64,000 nucleotides of DNA from Dehalococcoidia bacterium. GTDB taxonomy: Bacteria > Chloroflexota > Dehalococcoidia > SpSt-223. A program made the position numbers and the translations under genes. Shown piece by piece: positions 53,361 to 61,759 of this stretch. The notes under the pieces are model-generated. The model saw nothing but the letters and a program-made list of their open reading frames with translations, did not search any database and had not been told where the DNA came from. The stretch spans positions 3,370-67,369 of the forward strand of contig JAXLWW010000019.1 in the NCBI GenBank assembly GCA_046328265.1, given 5' to 3'. Positions within the stretch are counted from its first letter, which is position 1; the number at the start of each line of letters is the position of its first letter.

Positions 53361-54109
53361 TGGCAAACTCGATTGAACGGCGAACCATCGGAGCGGTCCT
53401 GCTCTATGGACTGGGCCGTTGGCAGAGCGCGGTCGTCGTTTTGGCTGCTTGCGCCGGTGTCGCTGCGACGATCCTGCTGTTGCACGCCAACCTCGCGCTG
53501 ATCGCCGCCTGGATCGCCTTTGGCGTGGTCGGCGTCGCTGGGATGGTCGTCGTCACTTTTCGCGACTCCAACGCCGTCCAAGATGCGCTCAGCCCGGAGA
53601 TCGATCTGTCGAGGTTGCGAACTCCTGCCCTTCGTGACGCCGTCCGCCGGGCTCAAGACTATCGCGAGGCGATCCGCCGGGCAGTCGGCGAGGTGCCAAA
53701 CCCCGAGCTACGCGCCAGTCTCGAAACCATCACCTACCGCTTCGACGACCCTGCCGCTCTGATCCTTTCGCTCGGCCAGAGCATCGAGCGGTTCCAGGCG
53801 GACACCCTAATCCAGAACGATCTTAAGCGGCTGCGCGGTCTCAAACGCGCCGACCGTCTCGACGAGCATGAACGGGAACAACTCGACAATCTCCTCCGCT
53901 TGGAGGGATTGGTTGGCGAGGCCGACGAGAAAATCCGAGCGATGTTGGCGCAACTTGGATCGAGCTATGCTGAGGTCCAGACGATTGGCGCGGCGGGCGA
54001 GATCCGCGGTGGGCGAATGCAACAAGCGCTCGATAGCGTTGGCGACCGGGCCGCCGAGTTGACCCAGATCAGTCAAGCCCTCGACGAAGTCTATGCTGCT
54101 CCGTCCTGA
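53360..54109 (+). CDS. Membrane protein with two N-terminal TM helices and a long helical (coiled-coil-like) C-terminal region; TelA/XpaC-like architecture
   Basis: The ATG overlaps the upstream TGA (TGATG). The TM helices are AVVVLAACAGVAATILLL and IAAWIAFGVVGVAGMVVV. A helical region of about 170 aa follows, rich in E/R/L/A. Confidence 0.6.
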   Translation: MANSIERRTIGAVLLYGLGRWQSAVVVLAACAGVAATILLLHANLALIAAWIAFGVVGVAGMVVVTFRDSNAVQDALSPEIDLSRLRTPALRDAVRRAQDYREAIRRAVGEVPNPELRASLETITYRFDDPAALILSLGQSIERFQADTLIQNDLKRLRGLKRADRLDEHEREQLDNLLRLEGLVGEADEKIRAMLAQLGSSYAEVQTIGAAGEIRGGRMQQALDSVGDRAAELTQISQALDEVYAAPS

Positions 54110-54342
54110 TCGCTCGGCTGTCGTCGACTTCCTGGGTGATCTGGCGGGGATCGCGGGGGTATCCTAGGATGAGCGCCTGGGCCGGTCGGAGGCGGGCCAA
54201 GCTGATGATTCAGAAGCTCGTTTGGCAGCAGGTCATCGAGACGTGTCGCAAGTAGGGGCAGGCGCCTTTGAGTGGCGCCAACGTGACGAGATGACCGACT
54301 CGGAACGTCGGGCTCGGCCCGGCATCGAAAGGAGGTACCGAC

Positions 54343-54609
54343 GTGGCTCTTGATCCAGGCGGATTCTTGGCCTGGCTGGTGGTCGGGCTGATCGCGGGCG
54401 CTCTCGCGAGCGCCTTGACCGGCAACCGGTCGGGGTGCATCGGCAGCCTGATCCTTGGTCTGGTCGGCGCGTTCGTTGGCGGCTTCATCTTCTCGCTGCT
54501 GGGTCTGGGTGGCGCGTTTGGCGCGCAAGCCGGCTTCCTTGGCAGTATCGTGGTCGCCTTTATCGGAGCGGTGGTTCTGATCGCGATTGGCCGGCTGATT
54601 TTTCGCTAG
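54343..54609 (+). CDS. GlsB/YeaQ/YmgE-family stress-response membrane protein
   Basis: 88 aa with a Gly-rich three-helix pattern (LVVGLIAGALAS...GSLILGLVGAFVGGFIF...GSIVVAFIGAVVLIAI). The GTG lies 7 nt after AAGGAGG. Confidence 0.8.
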   Translation: MALDPGGFLAWLVVGLIAGALASALTGNRSGCIGSLILGLVGAFVGGFIFSLLGLGGAFGAQAGFLGSIVVAFIGAVVLIAIGRLIFR

Positions 54610-54811
54610 CAGTCCGGTGAACCCTGATCCAAGAGGCGTGAGCGAGGTCCCGCCGGGTGGCGGCGGTTGGCGTCCGGCGATCCGTTGCGTTTCCGGCCGT
54701 TCCGAAGGCTCATACCGCCCAGGCAGCAGGCGCCGCCGACCCGGCATCGATTGTCCCTCCCCAAGCGAGACCGGCTCAGCTTTGACCGCGCCACGCGCCT
54801 GGTCCCAGGTC

Positions 54812-57019
54812 CTACAGCAGCGATACCGGGTCAACATCAACCTGCCAAGCCGGCGGTATCGGCGCACCAGCCAGAAACGGGACAACGTCATCACCGCGTA
54901 CGACGATCTGCCAGCGAAACCGCCCACGGACCTGGCGGAAATAGGATGGCGCGGGACCGATGAGGTCGATCGCGATCCCTTCAGCCCGGCGATACTCTTC
55001 AAGACGCCCGCGCAGCGCCAGCGCGGCGGCGCGCGCCTTCGGCTCTTTGAACTCCGCCACCAAGAGTCGGGCGATACGGCTGAATGGCGGATAGCGTTGC
55101 TCCCGCCGATGGGCGATTTCGTGGGCATAAAAGGTGAGAAAGTCATGCCTGGCCGCTGACTGGATAACATAATGATCGGGTGAATAGGTCTGGATGATCG
55201 CTTCGCCGCCACCGGCCCGTCCCGGCCGGCCGACGGCCTGAGTAAGCTGTTGAAACACCCGTTCTGGTGCGCGAAAGTCGGGGAGATACAGCCCAATATC
55301 GGCGTTGACCGCGCCGACGAGCGAAACCCCGGTCAGGTCGTGTCCCTTGGCGACCAGTTGGGTGCCAACCAGCACGTCGGCCTCCCGAGCGGCGAAGGCG
55401 CCAAGGATTGTCTCGTAGGAAGCCGGTCCGCCGGCATCACGGTCGAGCCTCAGGACCCGAGCACCGGGGAACTGCCGCTCGACCTCCTGAACGACCCGCT
55501 CGGTGCCGGCGCCGAGATAGCGGATTCTTCGGCTTTGGCAATTCGGACAGCGGTCGGGATGCTTCCGGCGGGTATTGCAGAGGTGACACACTAACCGTTG
55601 CGCGGCGGCATGATAGGTCAGGACGGTGTCGCAGTGCGGACAGCGGGCGGTAAAGCCGCAGTCTCGGCAAAGCACCACGCTCGCCGACCCGCGATGATTA
55701 AGGTAGAGAATCGCCTGCTCACCACGAGCCAGGGCACCGGCTAGTCGCTCACGAAGCAGGCGGCTGAACATGCCCCGGTTGCCGGCCCGAAGCTCTGCGC
55801 GCAGGTCGACTATCCGCACATCCGGCAACTGCTCGCCAGTCGGCCGCTCGGTCAATCGGACAAGGCCGATCTCTCCCCGCTCGGCAGTGAAGTAGCTCGC
55901 GACGTCCGGCGTTGCGCTCCCGAGGAGCACCGCCGAGCCAACAGCCTCGCCGAGCCGGAGGGCCGCTGCCCGTGCCTGGTAACGTGGCGGGTCTTGCTGT
56001 TTGTAGCTGGCGTCATGCTCCTCGTCGAGGACGATCAGTCCAAGCGATGGAAGCGGCGCAAACAACGCCGACCGAGACCCGATCACCACGTCAACATCGC
56101 CACGCTCGGCGCGAAGCCAGGCAGCCAGCCGGTCTCGCGACGAAAGGCGGCTATGGACGACAGCAACCCGGCCGGGAAAGCGTTCCTCGAAACGGGCGGC
56201 CGTCAGCGGCGTCAGGGCAATTTCTGGCACCAGGACGATCGCCTGCTGGCCGCGTTGCTTCGTTCGCGCCAACGCGCGCAGGTAGAGTTCGGTCTTGCCG
56301 GCTCCGGTAACCCCGAAGATGAGCGCCGAACCTGCCGAGTCAAGTATCGGCTCGATTTTGCTCCAGGCCGTGGCCTGCTCGGCGGTGAGCGCCAACGGCG
56401 CGGTCGGGGGCCGGGGGATCGACATGGCTGCCGCGCCATCGGCCTCGGAACTTCCTTGAGTGTCCGGGGCGCGCCGTGCCCGACGTCCTGCGAGGCGGTC
56501 GCGCCGCCACTCACCGACGTCCAGCCGGATCAGCCCCAGGTCGGCGAGACGCTCGATCGCAGGGAGTGAGACGGCTCCCAGGGTCGAGTAGTCCAACGTC
56601 CCTGCCAATTGGATTGTCTCCAGCACCTGCCGATCGGCAACTCCTGCCTCTGCATCGCCATCGATCGGGATGACGCGGGGATCGAAGGTTGCCGGCAGGT
56701 CGCTTGGGAGCCACAGCCGGGCCGCGTCAAACGGCCGGCAGCGATACTGCTCGGCGATCCAGGCGGCAACCGCAAGTTGCGTTGCCGAGAGCATCGGCGA
56801 CGATCCAAGTGTGGCCAGGAGACCCCGTACCTCGGAGACTGCTGGCCGGGTCTCGAGGGAAAAGACAACCCCGCGCAGGAGACGGGCGCCAAATGGGACA
56901 AGCACGAGCATGCCCGGACGAACATCCAGACCTGTCGGAATTCGATACGAGAAGAGATTGAGGAAGACGGGAGGTCCATCGACCGCCACGGCGGCAAAGA
57001 CCGGTCTTCCAGTTGTCAT
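54812..57019 (-). CDS. priA: Primosomal replication-restart helicase PriA
   Basis: Walker A GVTGAGKT, a DEEH box, and the Cys-rich zinc-binding insert CRDCGFTARCPHCDTVLTYH...CHLCNTRRKHPDRCPNCQS. Confidence 0.9.
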   Translation of the reverse strand: MTTGRPVFAAVAVDGPPVFLNLFSYRIPTGLDVRPGMLVLVPFGARLLRGVVFSLETRPAVSEVRGLLATLGSSPMLSATQLAVAAWIAEQYRCRPFDAARLWLPSDLPATFDPRVIPIDGDAEAGVADRQVLETIQLAGTLDYSTLGAVSLPAIERLADLGLIRLDVGEWRRDRLAGRRARRAPDTQGSSEADGAAAMSIPRPPTAPLALTAEQATAWSKIEPILDSAGSALIFGVTGAGKTELYLRALARTKQRGQQAIVLVPEIALTPLTAARFEERFPGRVAVVHSRLSSRDRLAAWLRAERGDVDVVIGSRSALFAPLPSLGLIVLDEEHDASYKQQDPPRYQARAAALRLGEAVGSAVLLGSATPDVASYFTAERGEIGLVRLTERPTGEQLPDVRIVDLRAELRAGNRGMFSRLLRERLAGALARGEQAILYLNHRGSASVVLCRDCGFTARCPHCDTVLTYHAAAQRLVCHLCNTRRKHPDRCPNCQSRRIRYLGAGTERVVQEVERQFPGARVLRLDRDAGGPASYETILGAFAAREADVLVGTQLVAKGHDLTGVSLVGAVNADIGLYLPDFRAPERVFQQLTQAVGRPGRAGGGEAIIQTYSPDHYVIQSAARHDFLTFYAHEIAHRREQRYPPFSRIARLLVAEFKEPKARAAALALRGRLEEYRRAEGIAIDLIGPAPSYFRQVRGRFRWQIVVRGDDVVPFLAGAPIPPAWQVDVDPVSLL

Positions 57020-57031
57020 CGGTGGCCAGCG

Positions 57032-57433
57032 CTAGGTAGTCGCCTCAGCAGGCGCCGGCCTGGCAGCGGTAGTCTTGGGCTGCTTGGGCGGGCGCGCCCG
57101 CTCCTTAATTCTCGCCGCCTTGCCACGAAGCTTCCGTAGGTAGTACAGCTTGGCGCGGCGCACCCGGCCAAAGCGGGCGACTTCGATCTTGTCAATCCGG
57201 GGGGACTGGAAAAGAAAGGTGCGCTCGACGCCAACGTTGTGGGACGCGATCCGGCGCACGGTGAAGGTTGCATCGCCGGGGCCGCCCCGATGCAGGCGAA
57301 TGACCACGCCTTCGAAGACCTGGATGCGTTCGCGGCTGCCTTCGACGACTTTGATACTCACCTTGACGGTGTCGCCGGGGCCAAATTCGGGCAGTTCTCG
57401 CTTCTCAACAAGCAAGAGATTCCGGATGTCCAT
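57032..57433 (-). CDS. rplS: 50S ribosomal protein L19 (with a basic Ala/Pro-rich C-terminal tail)
   Basis: Trimmed to the ATG at 57433: [45 protein letters not shown]...YYLR. Confidence 0.9.
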   Translation of the reverse strand: MDIRNLLLVEKRELPEFGPGDTVKVSIKVVEGSRERIQVFEGVVIRLHRGGPGDATFTVRRIASHNVGVERTFLFQSPRIDKIEVARFGRVRRAKLYYLRKLRGKAARIKERARPPKQPKTTAARPAPAEATT

Positions 57434-57519
57434 CGTACCAACCTTGCGGGACTCGGGTGGGGGCGGGATCTCCGCCACAGCCATGGCGCACACTGCGGCG
57501 CCGGTCGCACTAAACAGAG

Positions 57520-57549
57520 ATTGTAGCATGCCGCGTCGCCCGGACTCAA
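57520..57549 (-). promoter_or_regulatory. Putative rplS promoter (TTGAGT-N18-TACAAT)
   Basis: On the minus strand the -35 lies at 57549-44 and the -10 at 57525-20. This implies a leader of about 80 nt before the rplS ATG. Confidence 0.4.
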
Positions 57550-57571
57550 AACGGTGGACGTGACAACCGTT
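57550..57571. promoter_or_regulatory. Palindrome AACGGT-N10-ACCGTT, candidate MarR operator
   Basis: The perfect 6-bp arms overlap a possible MarR-gene -35 (TGGACG, 57555-60; -10 TAGCAT, 57578-83). The element is about 48 nt upstream of the MarR ATG. Confidence 0.35.
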
Positions 57572-57618
57572 GGAGTGTAGCATCACCAGCCGCCTGGGAA
57601 ACCCGTGGAGATCAATCC

Positions 57619-58221
57619 ATGCCGACAGATACTGCCGCAATCAGCCGAGCGTTGCTCCGGATTGCCCAGGCCGCCCGCCGCCAAGTCCGCTCGGACAACC
57701 TCGGTCTGACGCCTGCCCAGTCGCAAACGGTCCTGTTCTGCGGGCGTACTCGGCCGGATTTCGCCTCGATTGGTCATCTCTCTCAGGCGCTCGGCGCAAC
57801 CCACGCGACCGCCGTCGGGATCGTCGACGGACTGGTGCGGCGGGGACTGATCGAGCGGCGCGCGAAATTGGATGACCGCCGAGTCACTCTTCTGACGCTT
57901 ACCAACTCAGGCCAGCAGGTCTTTGCCGCCCTTACCGAGAGCAGCAACATCCTCGACCAGGCGATTGAGCGCCTCGAACCCGCCCAACGCGACGCTCTGC
58001 TGGATGCCGTACGTTCACTCGGGCGGATGCTGGCGCATGAAGGCGCTATCCAGGTTAGCGAGCCCTGCGCTGGGTGCACTCACTTCTTTCCGCACGAGCA
58101 ACCGAGCCAAGATCGACCACATTTCTGCCGGTCGCTTCGGCAGCACTTGAACGCGATCGAGATCCTCCTCGAATGTCCGCGCTTTACACCGGAGACAACT
58201 TCGGTTTCTTCACGCTCCTAG
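57619..58221 (+). CDS. MarR-family transcriptional regulator with a Cys-rich C-terminal extension
   Basis: Winged-helix core ([11 protein letters not shown]...[45 protein letters not shown]). An extra tail, [42 protein letters not shown], carries 4 Cys. Confidence 0.8.
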   Translation: MPTDTAAISRALLRIAQAARRQVRSDNLGLTPAQSQTVLFCGRTRPDFASIGHLSQALGATHATAVGIVDGLVRRGLIERRAKLDDRRVTLLTLTNSGQQVFAALTESSNILDQAIERLEPAQRDALLDAVRSLGRMLAHEGAIQVSEPCAGCTHFFPHEQPSQDRPHFCRSLRQHLNAIEILLECPRFTPETTSVSSRS

Positions 58222-58332
58222 CTGCTCCTCGTGTCACGCCGAATATCCGTACGCGGCGACGCCGTCTGAGCCAAAATGACGTCGGTCGCATTCAGACGGG
58301 TCGTTTCGGTCAATTCTTCGAGGAGGGACAGC

Positions 58333-60216
58333 GTGAAGATCCGCCTACTTCTCAGCCTGGCAGCCACCCTGGTCGCCTTTCTCATCGTTGCCTTGGTGAC
58401 CTGGACCGAGCCAAACGTCAAGGTCGATGCTGCCGATTTCGAGATCACCTTCACCAACTTCCAATACAGCCCGGCCAACGTCACGGTCGCCCCGGGCGAT
58501 TCGGTGGTCTGGAAGGGCGCCTTCTCCAGCCATCCCCTCGTCAGTCAGGACGGCCTCTGGCCTAGCCATAGTTCCGGCTCGGTGTTCACCCAGACCTTCC
58601 CGACCACCGGGGAGTTCTTCTTTTATTGCCAGATTCACGGCTCGCCGAATGGAGTCGGGATGGCCGGCAAGATCACCGTCCAGGGCGCTGGGGCAAGCCC
58701 GACACCAACCGGCAGTCCGAACAGCACCCCAACCAGCACCCCGACGACACCGGCTTCGCCAACTGTGACGCCCACCGTTCCGGCCGGCCCGGTTGGAGCC
58801 AACGTCTCTCGCCGCCTCATGGCGGTGCTCAGTAGCTCGAACGAGGTCCCGACCAACACCAGTGCCGCAATCGGCTACGCCCGGATCGAGGTGTCGGACG
58901 ACCTGACTCAGGTCAGCTACTACCTATCCTCGACCATCACCAACACGACGGTTGCCCACATTCATCTCGGTAAGTTCGGCGAGAACGGCCCGCCGATCAT
59001 CACCCTCGCATCGACGGGTGGATTCACCGAAGTACATGGATTGGCCGCCATCACACCGGAAATCGCGGCGGCGCTCTTTTTCCGCGGGCTCTACGTCAAC
59101 GTCCATTCCGCGACCTATCCCGGTGGTGAAATCCGCGGGCAACTGGTCGGGATGTTCGAGTTTGGGACCCGGATGACCGGCGCTCTCGAGGCGCCACCCA
59201 ACGCCCAGTCGTCCACCGGCAACTTCCGAATGTGGCTTTGGCCGGATCTTTCCCGGCTCGACTACGTGATGACCCACACCGTCGCCGGCGCAACCGCCGC
59301 ACACATCCACCGAGCGCTGCCCGGGGTCAAAGGGCCGGTGGTCGTCCCGCTTGACTCTGGTTCTTCGGTATCCGGCACCGCAACTATCACGCCCGGGGGA
59401 CTGTACGACCTCCTCGCCGGAAACTGGTACGTCAATGTCCATTCGCCCGGCTTCCCCGATGGCGAAGTACGCGGTCAACTTGGGCTCAATCACCAGTTCC
59501 AGGCGGTGCTCCAGGAGAGCAATGAAGTGCCGCCCAATGGCAGCGCCAATACCGGGTCGGCGTCCTTCGTCTTCGATCGTCAGAATCTCCGGCTTCACTA
59601 CGTCCTGTCGACGACCGTGACGAATACCGTTGCTGCTCATATCCACGTCGGTGGCTTCGGGGCAAATGGCCCGGTGTCCTACAGCCTGGCAAGCACGGCC
59701 GGCTTTACCGCCGTTCGCGGCGCAATTTCGCTCGACCCGGCGCTCGTCGCCCTGCTGGAGACCGGCGGGCTCTACGTCAACGTTCACTCAGCCGTTTTGC
59801 CAGGTGGCGAGATTCGTGGGCAGATCTACGGTCCGGAACTGTTCACCGCACGAATGACACCTCAGCAGGAGACCTCGCCGGTCGACAATCAGTATCTCGG
59901 CCGGGCCTATGTCCTGGTCAACGACGGACGAAACGGCTTGATCTACGCAATTACTCATGACGTCGTCAGCCCAATAGCGGCGCACATCCACCGCGGTCCA
60001 CCGGGAACACCCGGTCCGGTGGTCTATCCGTTGAGTTTCGCGAACCAAGCGTCCGGCTGGAGCGGACTTTCGGCCGCTGACCTGCGTGACCTGGATTACG
60101 GGAACCTGTACGTCAACATTCACAACGGCGCCTTCCCGGCCGGAGCAATCCGTGGTCAGTTGACAAGCGGAACGCGTCAACTGCTCGGAACGGTGTTCCG
60201 GAACAGCAGGCCCTAA
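58333..60216 (+). CDS. Membrane-anchored cupredoxin domain fused to four tandem CHRD domains
   Basis: The start was set to the GTG at 58333, 5 nt after GGAGGG; the track ORF starts at 58276. After a TM anchor comes a type-1 copper-like domain (SSHPL...FFFYCQIHGSPNGVGMAGKITV). A Thr/Pro linker follows, then four repeats of NEVP...(T/A)AHIH.G..G..GPV...YVN(V/I)H...P.G(E/A)(I/V)RGQ(L/I). Confidence 0.8.
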   Translation: MKIRLLLSLAATLVAFLIVALVTWTEPNVKVDAADFEITFTNFQYSPANVTVAPGDSVVWKGAFSSHPLVSQDGLWPSHSSGSVFTQTFPTTGEFFFYCQIHGSPNGVGMAGKITVQGAGASPTPTGSPNSTPTSTPTTPASPTVTPTVPAGPVGANVSRRLMAVLSSSNEVPTNTSAAIGYARIEVSDDLTQVSYYLSSTITNTTVAHIHLGKFGENGPPIITLASTGGFTEVHGLAAITPEIAAALFFRGLYVNVHSATYPGGEIRGQLVGMFEFGTRMTGALEAPPNAQSSTGNFRMWLWPDLSRLDYVMTHTVAGATAAHIHRALPGVKGPVVVPLDSGSSVSGTATITPGGLYDLLAGNWYVNVHSPGFPDGEVRGQLGLNHQFQAVLQESNEVPPNGSANTGSASFVFDRQNLRLHYVLSTTVTNTVAAHIHVGGFGANGPVSYSLASTAGFTAVRGAISLDPALVALLETGGLYVNVHSAVLPGGEIRGQIYGPELFTARMTPQQETSPVDNQYLGRAYVLVNDGRNGLIYAITHDVVSPIAAHIHRGPPGTPGPVVYPLSFANQASGWSGLSAADLRDLDYGNLYVNIHNGAFPAGAIRGQLTSGTRQLLGTVFRNSRP

Positions 60217-60270
60217 GCGACTCCGCCAACGCTCGGCTACACTGAGCCAGGCCCCGGCGGGAGGAGCGAC

Positions 60271-61248
60271 ATGACCATCTCAGCGCTGCGTGAGGTCGCG
60301 ATTGGCGTCGCCGACTTGGCGCAGCGCACTGCCTTCTATCACGACGCGTTTGGCTTGACGGTGGTTCACCAAGGGTCCATCGACCGGGGACATGCCGAGG
60401 CGCTCTACGGGATGCGCGAACCGATCCCGATGACCTGTCTCGCCCGCCCGGACGTACCGCACGGGGTCCGGCTGCGATTGATGCAGCTTGACGGACCGGA
60501 GGGTCGAGCGTCCACCGACGTTCGGCTGCCTGGTCCGGTTGGGATCGGGTTTACTACAGCCGGGGTCCAGCCCATATTCGAACGGGTCCGCCAGGCTGGG
60601 GTCCGCTTCCAATCAGAGCCGGTGAAGCTCACCCCAGGCGCGGCCGCGGATGATCCCTATCGTTACGAAGCGTTTGGTCAGGCCGGGGATGGCGAGTACA
60701 TCGTCCTGATCGAGCGAGGCAACACGCCGGTCCCCTACGGCGACATTTCTCGCGACAGTGGGGTCAGCCAACCGCTCCACACCTCACACACGGTAGCTGA
60801 CCTGTCAGCAGCGACACGGTTCATGGAGGCGGTGCTGGGGCATCAAGTAATCGTCCACGAACACTGCGAAGGCCCGATGTTCGAGGGGTTGATGGGGTTG
60901 CCAGCCGGGCAGCGGTTCGACTTCGATATGCTCTGGCATCCGGCGAATTCCACCGGACGGATCGTCCTGATGCAGTTCGACGGCATCGGAGGCGACCCGC
61001 CAAACGTCCAGCCGCCGATGCGTGGCATCTGTGCTCTCCGCTACGACACCGCCGACCTTGATCGCCTGCTGCCAACCATCGAACCAGCGGGAGGGCGGAT
61101 TATGCGGGGGCCGCTGACCGTTGATTCGGAAGCGCTTGGACGCGGCCGCGTCGTGACGGTCATGCCGCCAATTGGAACGTTGTTCGAGATCTGGGAACCC
61201 GCGCTTGACGACAACCCGACCGGCGGGTTCGGCGAGCGCGTCGGTTAG
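60271..61248 (+). CDS. Two-domain VOC (glyoxalase/bleomycin-resistance/extradiol dioxygenase) family protein
   Basis: 325 aa with two beta-alpha-beta-beta-beta modules (LREVAIGVADLAQRTAFYHDAFGL... and HTSHTVADLSAATRFMEAVLG...). GGAGGAG precedes the ATG. Confidence 0.7.
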   Translation: MTISALREVAIGVADLAQRTAFYHDAFGLTVVHQGSIDRGHAEALYGMREPIPMTCLARPDVPHGVRLRLMQLDGPEGRASTDVRLPGPVGIGFTTAGVQPIFERVRQAGVRFQSEPVKLTPGAAADDPYRYEAFGQAGDGEYIVLIERGNTPVPYGDISRDSGVSQPLHTSHTVADLSAATRFMEAVLGHQVIVHEHCEGPMFEGLMGLPAGQRFDFDMLWHPANSTGRIVLMQFDGIGGDPPNVQPPMRGICALRYDTADLDRLLPTIEPAGGRIMRGPLTVDSEALGRGRVVTVMPPIGTLFEIWEPALDDNPTGGFGERVG

Positions 61249-61742
61249 TTTTCGATCTTTGCGCCGGAAGCATCGCTCTCGGCGATCGTCACTTTCTCGA
61301 TCGTGTCACCGCGACGGATGCCGTTGACGATGTCCTGACCGCTCAGCACCTTGCCAAAGAGGTTGTAGGCCTTGGGCAGCGGGGTGTCGCGCTTGAGGAT
61401 AAAGAATTGGCTACCGTTGGTGTTTGGACCGGCGTTGGCCATCGCAAGTACGCCAGCGCGATATTCGCCCTTGACTGGCTCGTCGTCCCATTGATAACCC
61501 GGGCCGCCGTAGCCTTTGCCGAAGGGATCGCCGCCCTGGATCACCCAGTCCTCGACGCGATGAAAGGTGAGACCGTCGTAGAACCCATCGCGCGCCAAGA
61601 AGACGAAGTTGTTGACCGATTTCGGCGCGTCTTGTGGCAAGAGTTGGAGTTGAATCGTACCGCGGTTGGTCTCGAGCGTGGCGAGGTAGGTGTGCTCCGG
61701 GTTTACGGACATTTCCGGGGCGCTAGCATACTGCTTTGCCAT
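61245..61742 (-). CDS. Cyclophilin-type peptidyl-prolyl cis-trans isomerase (cytoplasmic)
   Basis: Contains FHRVEDWVIQGGDP...GVLAMANAGPNTNGSQFFI. Confidence 0.9.
   Translation of the reverse strand: MAKQYASAPEMSVNPEHTYLATLETNRGTIQLQLLPQDAPKSVNNFVFLARDGFYDGLTFHRVEDWVIQGGDPFGKGYGGPGYQWDDEPVKGEYRAGVLAMANAGPNTNGSQFFILKRDTPLPKAYNLFGKVLSGQDIVNGIRRGDTIEKVTIAESDASGAKIEN
61371..61427. repeat. 57-nt segment 55/57 identical to 61859-61915 (copy in cyclophilin gene 1)
   Basis: CTTGGGCAGCGGGGTGTCGCGCTTGAGGAT(A/G)AAGAATTGGCT(A/G)CCGTTGGTGTTTGG, aligned by eye. It encodes NTNGSQFFILKRDTPLPK on the minus strand. Confidence 0.85.
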
Positions 61743-61759
61743 GGGTGGCTCCTTTCGCG

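Noticed and set aside
54091-55296. 401-aa minus-strand ORF
   Set aside because: The sequence is Arg/Ser/Pro/Gly-rich with no domain-like segments. It lies antisense to the well-supported GlsB-family gene, and within priA it is an out-of-frame, same-strand shadow ORF. This is typical of shadow ORFs in GC-rich DNA.
57434-57640. 69-codon N-terminal extension of rplS
   Set aside because: L19 homology starts at [23 protein letters not shown] (ATG at 57433). The extension covers the promoter and operator region.
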